64,000 nucleotides of DNA from Eledone cirrhosa (lineage: Eukaryota), in NCBI GenBank assembly GCA_964016885.1, contig OZ024766.1, positions 7,502,001-7,566,000 on the forward strand, given 5' to 3'. Below are positions 47,418-56,754 of the stretch, piece by piece. How positions within the stretch are numbered: position 1 is the first letter of the stretch; every line of letters begins with the position of its first letter. The notes under the pieces were generated by a model that did no database searches, had not been told where the DNA came from, and saw only the letters and a list, made by a program, of their open reading frames with translations. A program made the translations under genes and the position numbers.

Positions 47418-47961
47418 CGTCCCACGAGGAAGATTCTATCCAGTTGACCGCGTTAAAGAGGGCCGCCGTGCCGCCATAGCAGGCGTTCGTAGTGTCGACC
47501 CCTTCCACTGAGCTGTTGCCACTGCCCTCAAACAACTGCATGAGAACAGTCTTAACGCTCTTTGATTTGTCTAGCAGAGTCTCGGTGCCGACCTCCAGGT
47601 GACCCACTTCCGAGTATGTGACCCCGTTTTTTTCCAAGAGCCGATGCAACACCGTCAAGCACATGGAGTTAATATCCTCTCGATCGGTGCAGAACCCCAT
47701 ACGGCTCTGGCCCAACCCGATCGTGTATTTGCCCGTCGACACGCCATCGTAAACCTCCAACTCCGCCTGGTCGACGTAAGGGCAAGGGAAGTAGAACTCC
47801 GCCGCTACAATGCCGATGCATTCGGGTGGGCGCGGCCTTGTGCCTTCAGGGGCGTGGACAGAGACCGTCGTTGTTGAGGAGAAGGCGGAATCTGTGGACA
47901 AAGATGAAGGAAGGCTTGTGGATGACGGCGAAGTACAAGACTTTGATATGGAAGCTGGCAT
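47418..47961 (-). CDS. HMGCS1: HMG-CoA synthase, first coding exon (544 bp coding)
   Basis: ATG at 47961 with an in-frame TGA 14 codons upstream. Encodes ...[24 protein letters not shown]...[16 protein letters not shown]...[26 protein letters not shown](G), including the catalytic Glu and Cys motifs (human E95, C129). Donor G|GTgagt at 47417. Confidence 0.98.
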
Positions 47962-48031
47962 CCTCCTCTTCCTCTTCGTTGTCTTGCTGTGTCTATGGAG
48001 TCACTGCAGGCCTGGTGTTGCTCACAGATAT
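47962..48031 (-). other. HMGCS1: Probable 5' UTR portion of the first coding exon, implying a non-coding exon further upstream
   Basis: Acceptor-like tatattttcAG at 48033/48032, 70 nt upstream of the ATG. Confidence 0.55.
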
Positions 48032-48060
48032 CTGAAAATATATTTAAATATATATATTAG

Positions 48061-48951
48061 TAAGGTAATGAATTCTTTTACAATGGAATCAGCTCGAATG
48101 AGGAAAAATATCCCCTGAGCAGTGTATAAATTAATATATATGTGATGAAACACAGATACCAACACATCTGTATATATATTGCAAAAGAAAAATTTAGCCA
48201 GATTGAAGTATACTAATTATTATACTACAGTTTGTCCATATCGATTTAAAATAATAAATCAACGGAGACGAACTGTATTGGCAAAGGGCCGTGATGTTTA
48301 GACACATTTAAATTTCAAAATCAAACCTGTTCCGTAGATAAGTTTAGACTTTAAGATCCAAATATGTTTCGAGTTAAATAAGTGTAGGAATATCATGTCC
48401 CGCTCTCCTCAGTAAACATCCAGAGACAAATTGATATGCTTCACTTCTAAATAATTTAAAAGACTGCGTGGCGCACATGGCTTTACAGTATCTAACTAGT
48501 CTCATAACCGTACTGCTAGAAATAACAGTCGTGTATATGAGGCGGCTTTGCAGCTCAAACTAGGAGCAGATTAAAATTAATAAGGTAATGAATTCTTTTA
48601 CAATGGAATCAGCTCGAATGAGGAAAAATATCCCCTGAGCAGTGTATAAATTAATATGTATGTGATGAAACACAGATACCAACACATCTGTATATATATT
48701 GCAAAAGAAAAATTTAGCCAGATTGAAGTATACTAATTATTATACTACAGTTTGTCCATATCGGTTTAAAATAATAAATCAACGGAAACGAACTGTATTG
48801 CCAAGTTCGTCTCCATTGATTTATTATTTTAAATCGATATGGACAAACTGTAGTATAATAATTAGTATACTTCAATCTGGCTAAATTTTTCTTTTGCAGT
48901 ATATATACAGATGTGTTGGTATCTGTGTTTCATCACATACATATTAATTTA
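48061..48951 (-). mobile_element. Penelope-like/retrozyme-like element: 220-bp direct repeats (520-bp period) plus an inverted third copy, with a hammerhead in the spacer
   Basis: 48061-48280 is nearly identical to 48581-48800. 48804-48951 is the reverse complement of 48647-48794 (9-nt loop). A hammerhead lies at 48337-48420. Confidence 0.6.
48337..48420 (-). ncRNA. Type I hammerhead ribozyme
   Basis: Minus strand reads GAUGUUUA-CUGAGGA-GAG...CUC-GAAA-C[AUAUUUGGAUCUUAAA]G-UC-UAAAC(UU)AUC. It has a full core, GUC cleavage triplet, stem I GUUUA/UAAAC and stem II GAG/CUC. Confidence 0.7.
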
Positions 48952-48972
48952 GATATATATATATATATTAAT

Positions 48973-49881
48973 GGAGGCACATGGCTTAGTGGTTAGAGCA
49001 TTGGGCTTGTAATTGAAAGGTTGTGAGTTCAATTCTCAGACCGGGTGATGTGTTGTTTCCTTGAGCAAGACACTGTATTTCACATTGCTCCAGTTTACTC
49101 AGCTGTAGAAATGAGATGATAGGGACTGGGGTCCAGATCATTCCACTGCAAAGTGGTCGTGGAGGTGCCATGGCAAAAAAACACCCAACACACACTGTAA
49201 AGTGGTCGTGGAGGTGCCATGGCAAAAAAACACCCAACACACACTGTAAAGTGGTCGTGGAGGTGCCATGGCAAAAAAACACCCAACACACACTGTAAAG
49301 TGGTCGTGGAGGTGCCATGGCAAAAAAACACCCAACACACACTGTAAAGTGGTCGTGGAGGTGCCATGGCAAAAAAACACCCAACACACACTGTAAAGTG
49401 GTCGTGGAGGTGCCATGGCAAAAAAACACCCAACACACACTGTAAAGTGGTCGTGGAGGTGCCATGGCAAAAAAACACCCAACACACACTGTAAAGTGGT
49501 CGTGGAGGTGCCATGGCAAAAAAACACCCAACACACACTGTAAAGTGGTCGTGGAGGTGCCATGGCAAAAAAACACCCAACACACACTGTAAAGTGGTCG
49601 TGGAGGTGCCACGGCAAAAAAAACCCCAGCCCTCACTGTAAAGTGGTCGTGGAGGTGCCATGGCAAAAAAACACCCAACACACACTGTAAAGTGGTCGTG
49701 GAGGTGCCACGGCAAAAAAACACCCAGCCCACACTGTGACGTGGAGGTGCCACGGCAAAAAAGCACCCAGTCCACACTGTAAATGAGGTTGGTGTTAGGA
49801 AGGGCATCCAGCTGTAGAAATCAAGCCAGCATCAGTTCACGTCCCACCCTTGCAAGCAGGGAAAAAGCGGACGTAAAATGA
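48973..49881 (+). mobile_element. SINE family A, full length, with ~13 internal 49-bp tandem units
   Basis: Pol III A box TGGCTTAGTGG (48982) and B box GAGTTCAATTC (49025), CORE-like CCTTGAGCAAGACACT...CCAGTTTACTCAGCTGTAGAAATG, internal array, AGGAAGGGCATCCAGC, and tail GGACGTAAAATGA. Confidence 0.88.
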
Positions 49882-49984
49882 AAAAATATATATAAATCGT
49901 CAGTTGATTGACTTTCGTCAAATCGGACCGAGGAAACAATGTTTCCGTTGGTCTTTCCAATTGCTAATACTATCTATCAGTCGC

Positions 49985-50106
49985 AACTCCACGTAGAAAG
50001 AGCAACGTGAAATAAAGTGTCTTGCTCAAGGACATAACACATCGCCTGATCCGGGAATCGAACTCACAACCTCATCATTGCAAATCCAATTCTTTTACCA
50101 CATGCC

Positions 50107-50108
<2 letters not shown>
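49985..50108 (-). mobile_element. Diverged SINE-A-related head fragment
   Basis: GTGAAATAAAGTGTCTTGCTCAAGGA...GGAATCGAACTCACAACC is the reverse complement of the B box and CORE-like segment. Confidence 0.7.
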
Positions 50109-50148
<40 letters not shown>

Positions 50149-50210
50149 AAAGTTAAACGAGGTTCAATGAATACATCAAAGACTATGTCAGGGTATGTCA
50201 TGCATCATCT

Positions 50211-50277
50211 TATTTTATCTGATGAGGACGTACTGTTGAACTTAACTCAGTACCTCTGAAATATGTATAATAAAATA
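50211..50277 (+). ncRNA. Minimal type I hammerhead ribozyme (PLE type)
   Basis: UAUUUUAU-CUGAUGA-GGAcGUACUG...CAGUACcUCU-GAAA-UAUGUA-UA-AUAAAAUA. 8-bp stem I, intact core, near-palindromic hexamer in stem III, AUA triplet. Confidence 0.85.
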
Positions 50278-50381
50278 TACTTGATCACAAGAATATCTAT
50301 TTTGTTAATATTTTGAATTAATATATATATATATAATCATCATCATCTTCGTTTAACGTCCATTTTCCACGCTAGCATGGG

Positions 50382-50439
<58 letters not shown>

Positions 50440-50441
<2 letters not shown>

Positions 50442-50875
50442 GTACCACTCCACATAGATTCTTCAATTTAAGAATAACCTGTATATCGAATTTCATACTA
50501 TAAACCTCAATTGAATATATATCTGACCAGAAATGCTTTTTTTGAAAATCAGTCATATGGAACTATTGTCATCTTGCCCGACGGTTTGAATTTTACAACA
50601 CCACCTGCTTCTTTGAGGTCAAATACCAACCCTACTAGCATCTACAAACTGACCAATGAGAATTAAAACTATTCCTGCTGACAACATTAAATTATTCCTA
50701 ACAAACTCATATGTCCCAAGGCTCTGATACCATCAACACCATAAACACAGAACTGGCATATCTAAGAACTGACTAACTGCCTGATGAGGTCATAGCCATT
50801 CAATGGCTATCATCGAAATATATATAGCAGTAAATAAAGGATTATGAGTTCATGCAATTGACTTATGTTTCGTCA
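50440..50875 (+). mobile_element. Degenerate Penelope-like 3' end (pLTR) between (TA)n tracts
   Basis: ENQSYGTIVILPDGLN (50544-50591) resembles the E...PxGLN end of PLE GIY-YIG ORFs, and a hammerhead follows about 190 bp downstream. Confidence 0.5.
50776..50831 (+). ncRNA. Minimal type I hammerhead ribozyme (PLE type)
   Basis: ACUGC-CUGAUGA-GGUcAUAGCCAU(uca)AUGGCUAUcAUC-GAAA-UAUAUA-UA-GCAGU. Perfect stem I, 11-bp stem II and palindromic UAUAUA. Confidence 0.88.
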
Positions 50876-50967
50876 CTATATATATATACTCTTTTACCTG
50901 TTTCAGCCATCCGGCTGAGGCCATGCTGGGGCACCGCCCCAGACTATATATATATATATATATATAT

Positions 50968-51160
50968 ATAGGAACCAGTAAGACCCCGACGGCTGAAATC
51001 AAGCCGTTTCGACGGCTAATTCTGGACTAGAATTAGCCGTCGAAACGGCTTGAGCTCAGCCGTCGGGGTCTTACTGGTTCCTATTACCCACTCTACTACC
51101 CCAAGTATTGAGTACTTTGGTGCGTTATGGTCCACCTGGTTCCTTACCACATTTCCTTCG

Positions 51161-51163
<3 letters not shown>
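50968..51163 (+). mobile_element. Fold-back (hairpin plus tail) element, copy 1
   Basis: ~56-bp inverted arms GGAACCAGTAAGACCCCGACGGCTGA...GTTTCGACGGCTAATTCT with a 5-nt loop, then a tail ...GTATTGAGTACT...CCTTCG. Flanked by (TA)n. Confidence 0.8.
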
Positions 51164-51197
<34 letters not shown>

Positions 51198-51200
<3 letters not shown>

Positions 51201-51502
51201 CGGGTGATGTGTTGTTTCCTTCAGCAAGAGACTTTATTTCACATTGCTCCAGTTTACTCAGCTGTAGAAATGAGATGATAGGGACTGGGGTCCCTATCAT
51301 TCCACTGCAAAGTGGTCGTGGAGGTGCCACGGCAAAGAAAGCACCCAGCACTCACTGTAAATGAGGTTGGTGTTGGGAAGGGCATCCAGCTGGAGCAATG
51401 TGAAATAAATTGTCTTGCTCAAGGAAACAACACATCACCCGGTCTGAGATTGAACTCACAACTTTTCGATTGCAAGGCCAATGCTCTAACCCCTAAGCCT
51501 CC
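51198..51502. mobile_element. SINE-A body (+, one internal unit) fused to an inverted SINE-A head (-)
   Basis: Plus-strand body to GGCATCCAGCTG (about 51391), then GGAGCAATGTGAAATAAA...GCTCTAACC on the opposite strand. Confidence 0.75.
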
Positions 51503-51739
51503 ATTATATATATACATATAAACATACGTCTGGGTCGTTCATCAGACAGGTATGACACATCCAGACGTATGTTTATATTGTCTGCGACCCAGAAACCTTT
51601 GGTAATGGAATAATTATATGTTGTGTTATTCACTTTCTAATTAAATAGCTTTAGTATAGGTCAACTAACAGAAAATTGTATTATGGTTACGAAAAAAATT
51701 CTAAATAAGCCTACAAGGTCAACACTAAAAACGGTAATC

Positions 51740-51806
51740 GTGGGCCACTCTGAGTGTTATGGCGGGTCGGATTGTGACCCGCGGGCCGACTGTTGCACGC
51801 CCCTGC
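51740..51806 (+). mobile_element. hAT/Charlie-type transposon terminal fragment
   Basis: GGCGGGTCGGATTGTGACCCGCGGGCCG...TTGCACGCCCCTG followed by CTCTAGAT, matching Charlie-like subterminal motifs and the NTCTAGAN target preference. Confidence 0.55.
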
Positions 51807-51910
51807 TCTAGATCAATCCAGACCAATCGAATCCAATAACACACATCAGCCGAGTCCTGTCGTATCGAGACGAATCTAGAAGCCACCACATACGAAATAT
51901 ATATAATAGA

Positions 51911-51948
<38 letters not shown>

Positions 51949-51951
<3 letters not shown>

Positions 51952-52062
51952 GTTTCTACTTTTGGCACAAGGCCAGCAATTACCCCAGTGCATTACTGGT
52001 ACTTTATTTTATCGACCCCGTAAGGATGAAAGGCAAAGTCAACCTCGGCGGGATTTGAACTC
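51949..52062 (-). mobile_element. SINE family B copy
   Basis: TTGTTTCTACTTTTGGCACAAGGCCAGC...ATCGACCCCGTAAGGATGAAAGGCAAAGTCAACCTCGGCGGGATTTGAACTC. Confidence 0.8.
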
Positions 52063-52076
52063 ATATATATATATAT

Positions 52077-52490
52077 AATGAAGGAAGTGTGGCAAGGAAC
52101 CAGGTGGACCACAACGCACTAGAGTACTCAATACATAGGGTAGTAGAGTGGGTAATAGGAAAAGAGTCGGGACCCCGACGGCTGAGCTGAGCTCCGGCCG
52201 TTTCGACAGTTATTTCAGAAATTGCTGGCGAGACGGCCGAAGCTCAGCCGTCGGGGTCCCGACTATTTTCCTATATATATATATATAACGAAGGAAATGT
52301 GGTAAGGAACCAAGTGGACCATAACGCACCAAAGTACTCAATACTTAGGGTAGTAGAGTGGGTAATAGGAACGAGTAGGACCCCGACGGCTGAGCTCAAG
52401 CCGTTTCGACGGCTAATTCTGGACTAAAAGTCCGGAACTAGCCGTCGAAACGGCTTGAGCTCAGCCGTCGGGGTCCTACTCGTTCCTATA
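52077..52490 (-). mobile_element. Two tandem fold-back (hairpin plus tail) elements, copies 2 and 3
   Basis: 52077-52275 and 52286-52490 each carry the tail AGTACTCAATAC...GTAGTAGAGTGGGTAATAGGA followed by a GACCCCGACGGCTGAGCT...AGCTCAGCCGTCGGGGTC hairpin. Confidence 0.8.
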
Positions 52491-52634
52491 TGTATATATA
52501 TATATATATATATATAAAATTGTTTCTGATTTAGGCACAAGGCCAGCAATTTGAAAAAGGGAGAGGGAAACGTCGATTAAATCAAACCCGGTGTATTACT
52601 GGTACTTTATTTATCAACCAAGTAAGGACGAAAA

Positions 52635-52833
52635 CAGACCCGACAACTCTCCCTGTCCCACGAGGACATCTCCCATCCACTTTGGGGTGGGTGAGAGATG
52701 TCTTCTCTAGTGAAAATGGATGTAGCTTTCATTGTGTAAAATCTCCCCCATTTTGCTTCATTTCTCCCCGTTTTGGGACACTTTTTTTTTTCACGGTACT
52801 TTCTGTTTGGGTTTTTAGAGGTTGGCAGGTCTG
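52635..52833. mobile_element. ~199-bp MITE nested in a SINE-B copy (52519-52857)
   Basis: Imperfect TIRs CAGACCCGACAACTCT and AGAGGTTGGCAGGTCTG. The flanks rejoin into the SINE-B core GTAAGGA..GAAAGGCAAAG. Confidence 0.65.
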
Positions 52834-53679
52834 TGAAAGGCAAAGCTAATCTCGGCATATAATATAACTCAATATAAAGATATGATATGATAATGATAAT
52901 AATAACGAAAGAAATTATTGTGTACAGTGCTCAGGTGCTCTTCAACCCATCAAAGGTGCATGTATAGTACATAGAATAATGTACAAGTGTCGGGAAAGTG
53001 AACAGTGTACGAGTCATGATTTACACACAGATACAGTCGTGCGTGTGCATGGAGGTGGAATATCAGGTGCATATATAACTTAATATAATATAATATAATA
53101 TAATATAATATAATTTAATAAAAGCAAGCAACAGTGGGATATAAAGATGAAGATATTTACTTGCAAGAAAGGTGGGTGAATTTCAAAGGAATTCAAAGAG
53201 TAATTAAAAGTAGAAAGAAAAGGTCGCAGTGTGTTTTTACCTGTGAGGTGATAATAGAGGATTGAAGGTGTGTATAGTGTAGTGTTCCGTGCTGGTATAT
53301 ATATATTATATATATATATATATATGGGTGTGTATGTATATATATTTGTGTGTATATCTATTGATCACTCGCAAATTTCGTGTGCAGCCGAACGAAAAAA
53401 CACATGCGAGTTGAAATTCTTCACTATTATCAATAATTAATGCATGTATATATATACATGTGTGTATGTATATATATAAATATATATATATATGTGTAGT
53501 TATTTTAAGTATATGTGTGCGTATATATGTTTAACACCGCCAGCATTGCCGACGATAGGGCGGTGTATCGTTTGTAAAGTTAACCTCTTTAATTTAGTGT
53601 CGAATAACGCGCTTCACACTACCTCCCTACCAATATATCGATTTACTATAACTCTCTATCTATCTATCTATCTATCTAT

Positions 53680-54045
53680 AGTTTGGAAGAAGAATCAGGA
53701 TGGAGAGAGAGGTGCTGTACCCCAGCAAGTTTTATGAAAGGTGGGTGAAAGTGGTGAGAATGGCCCGAGTGAATGGGCCTTCTCTCTATGTCAGCCTGTA
53801 GGTTGAGGAAAAGGAGGAGGAGAGGAAAGGAGTACAAACTCTTCGTACTCCTGGAGATGAGGGTTGCACATTTTTTTTCGGGGGTATGTGTTACCCATAT
53901 AAACTGTCTCCCCCCTATTGGGGAAAATCGACTAACTTTTTAAATTCCATTTGTGATAACATTTTACACGTTTTTATTGTATGTAAACTTCCCCCTTTGT
54001 ATTTGTCCCCTTCTTTTGTGCCCCTGTGGCTAATAAAGAAATATA
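53680..54045 (+). mobile_element. Probable LINE 3' end (ORF C-terminus remnant, 3' UTR and AATAAA)
   Basis: Purine-rich remnant ending ...RWVKVVRMARVNGPSLYVSL*, followed by GCCCCTGTGGCTAATAAAGAAATA. That tail motif recurs at about 54120 and 59148. Confidence 0.35.
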
Positions 54046-54164
54046 TCTATAGTTATCTATCTCTCTCTATATATATACCTATCTATCTGTCTGTCTATCT
54101 ATCTGCCCTTTTCTTGTGCGCCCTTGTGGCAAATAAAGAAATATATCTATCTACCTATCTATCC

Positions 54165-54720
54165 ATCAGTCTCCACTGCTAGGGGCTCGACTGCAAACCT
54201 GTGGGGGAGCGATCGATATTTGGAGAGTTTACCCTCCTCGGCCCGAAGTGCAAAACAGCCTGGGTTAGTCGCAGACTGCACCAGGTTGCCGTTTGAGAAT
54301 GTGTCGCTGCATGTGACATCCCAGACGAGGGGTTTACCTCCAGAGAACGGGAAGACGGTCAAGCCGTCTGGCCTTTCGCCGTCGCTTCGGTCCAGCTGCA
54401 CTAGCTCCAGCTAGGAGGAGGAGGAGGGGGGAAACATGCAGCATCCAAGCCATGATGTACGACCTCGTTGTGAGAATGGCGTGTAAGGTGAACGGTTCGT
54501 TAACACAAGGATAGCAAGTGGGAGCCGAAAGACTCTACGGTGGATCTGCATCGGAATTTGTGTGGCTCGCAGATCCGGAGGCCAAGCCTCAGGGAAACAC
54601 AGAGCCGCAAGCTATCATTATCCAGTTGCGTGTCAGTTAAAAAGGAGAGTAAGGCATTGAGCCTGGCACCGCTGTGGGCTTGCAAGGCCGAGCAAAAACA
54701 TGCAAGGCGGAGGTGAATTA
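54165..54720 (-). pseudogene. Fragment of a CRE-clade-like (RLE-encoding) non-LTR retrotransposon
   Basis: LRLGLRICEPHKFRC...GSHLLSLC is a zinc-knuckle remnant. DGERPDGLTVFPFSGGKPLVWDVTCSDT...KLSKY...PLAVETDG is a PD-(D/E)xK-type restriction-like endonuclease domain. Frameshifted. Confidence 0.8.
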
Positions 54721-55040
54721 ATGGTTGTTTAAATTCACTTGTTTTGTTCTCTGCCTCTCATCATATATTTTTGTACATTATATTTATAAGTTTTTGAGCA
54801 ATAATTAAATGTATTTATTATATGTGTTTATATTTTCATTCTGAAAGAACTATAAAGAGTTTGTAAAGTTATTTATACAACTGAATGAAATTCACCTTTC
54901 TTCGGTCAACGAGAGTTATGCCCCTTGAATCAGTAACTGCTTTAAGATAACTAGAACGAGGCTGTGTTATCAATGGTGCCACGTGTTTCGTTACTTCCGC
55001 TTCTCAGGGCACGCTTACCAGTCTTGTGTATATATATATA

Positions 55041-55075
<35 letters not shown>

Positions 55076-55078
<3 letters not shown>

Positions 55079-55262
55079 GGAAAAAGTATGACCCCGACGG
55101 CAGAGCTCAAGCCGTTTCGATTAGTCCAGAAATAGCCGTCGAGACGGCTTGGGCTCTGCCGTCAGGGTCATACTTTTTCCTATTTCCCACTCTACTACCC
55201 TAAGTATTGAGTACTCTGGTGCGTTATGGTCCATCTGGTTCTTTACCACAATTCCTTTGTTA
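55076..55262 (+). mobile_element. Fold-back (hairpin plus tail) element, copy 4
   Basis: ATAGGAAAAAGTATGACCCCGACGGCAGAGCTCAAGCCGTTTCGA / TCGAGACGGCTTGGGCTCTGCCGTCAGGGTCATACTTTTTCCTAT, followed by the GTATTGAGTACT tail. Confidence 0.8.
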
Positions 55263-55436
55263 TATATATATATATATATATATGCTATATATACATATCA
55301 TCATCATTATCATTTTCCACATTAGTATGGGTTAACGCCAACCGTTAATCAATGATGATGATATATATTTATATATATATATATATATGTCTATAGACAC
55401 ACATACAGAGGCATATAAATATATATATATATATGT

Positions 55437-55915
55437 CTAGGGCGGGTAAAATTCCCTAGATCCATGGATGAGTTCTCTCCAGCGGTCTCTGTCCCTCATT
55501 ATCGCTGCCATGTCCTGCGTCTCCAACAGACCAGTGTCTGTCCTTAGGGCATCAACATATGTCAACTTCAGTCTCCCTCTTCTAGTGTGTCCATGTAGGG
55601 GCTCCCACAGGAGCACTGAGTGAAGTGTCAACTCTGGATGTCGGTGAGCATGTCCAGCTAACCCAGTGTGTCCATGTAGGGGCTCCCACAGGAGCACTGA
55701 GTGCAGTGTCAACTCTGGATGTCGGTGAGCATGTCCAGCTAATCTCAGTCTCCTCTGTGTCACATTTGAGCTGACTTTTGGGAGGCTCCCGTACAGCTCC
55801 GAGTTCTTCATCCTCAGTGTATACTGATTAATGTTCAGAGCCATCCTCAGCATTCTCGTGTAGCACCCATCCACCATCTGAGTGAGTTTCTTGGTCCCGT
55901 ACAGCAGCACAGACT
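55437..55915 (-). pseudogene. RTE-clade LINE 3' ORF fragment with an 81-bp internal duplication
   Basis: LLYG...DGCYTRMLR...RRLRLAGH...LLWEP...RGR...DRDRWR motifs. The segment is duplicated at 55585 and 55666. Confidence 0.85.
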
Positions 55916-55928
55916 CTCTGACTCTCCC

Positions 55929-55972
<44 letters not shown>

Positions 55973-56097
55973 GAAAAAAGGAAAAGAATGACTTCACTTG
56001 TAATTCTAAACAATTTAATTTTATAATATTACAATTTTACTACATAGCAAATGTACCAAGGATTTTTCACACATTTTTCAATATATAAATATATATA

Positions 56098-56407
56098 TAT
56101 ATATCATAAAACATGTCTTTAGAATCATTAGATATAATATATACCTTTTCCTCTCCCAATTAGCATAATTAACCATATAAAAAATTAATTAGACCAAGCT
56201 ATATGCTGTCGAAATGTTCGATAAATACTCCATCGTAGCCACCACGAAGGAGCTGCTTTCGGTTATTTGTCGGAGAGTTCTTCATAAGAGCCTTTATTCT
56301 TATAGCTTGGTCTAATTGATTTTTTATATGGTTAATTATGTTAATTGGGAGAGGAAATGGTATATATTATATCTAGTGATTCTAAAGACATGTTTTATGA
56401 TATATAG
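56098..56407. repeat. ~105-bp inverted repeat with a ~100-bp spacer
   Basis: ATATCATAAAACATGTC...AGACCAAGCTATA (56101-56203) versus TATAGCTTGGTCT...GACATGTTTTATGATAT (56301-56403). Confidence 0.85.
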
Positions 56408-56502
56408 CTCTGATTATTTAATTTATTAATTCTTCATTGAGCCACAACGTAACCTGTTGCAAAACACATATATATCTATGACTTTATATATATGTAAACC
56501 TT

Positions 56503-56535
<33 letters not shown>

Positions 56536-56541
<6 letters not shown>

Positions 56542-56712
56542 AATATAGAAATGGCTTCTACAGGACTAGAACTGTTTCATTTGGGAGAATGATGATTTAC
56601 TCCGAATGAAACAGTTCTTGTCATGTAGAAGCCATTTCTATATTATATATTTATACTCTGCTCTGTATTGAGTACCTTACTTACTGTGGTTACCCCCAAT
56701 TGAACACGGGAT
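56536..56712 (+). mobile_element. Fold-back element, divergent subfamily
   Basis: Hairpin TAGAAATGGCTTCTACA...AGAACTGTTTCATT / AATGAAACAGTTCT...TGTAGAAGCCATTTCTA, followed by a tail with GTATTGAGTAC. Confidence 0.65.
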
Positions 56713-56754
56713 AGATTTAAATATAAATAAATTTGAAAAATTTCAGGACCCCCA

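Noticed and set aside
41300-47479. 2,059-aa ORF and the overlapping YI/CV/TH-rich ORFs
   Set aside because: These are microsatellite and 25-bp satellite translations, either antisense to HMGCS or intronic. Only 41133-41258 and the exon-1 overlap are real coding sequence, on the minus strand.
48973-49045. tRNA gene
   Set aside because: It has A and B boxes but no clean cloverleaf, and it runs into a SINE body repeated several times in the window.
50211-50831. The two neighbouring plus-strand hammerheads acting as a cis double-hammerhead
   Set aside because: The dimeric fold needs stem I strands to be exchanged, and their stem I sequences (UAUUUUAU versus ACUGC) are incompatible.
54964-55028. 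HMGCS promoter or first exon (CACGTG E-box, ACTTCCGC, donor-like CTG|GTAAGC); also CCAAT pairs at about 51824-51838 and a GC box at about 53558
   Set aside because: Short motifs are expected by chance among TE debris, and the TSS cannot be placed without transcript data.
56245-56295. Hammerhead in the inverted-repeat spacer (minus strand AUGAAGA...GAAAGCAGCU)
   Set aside because: C3 is missing and stems I and II do not pair convincingly.
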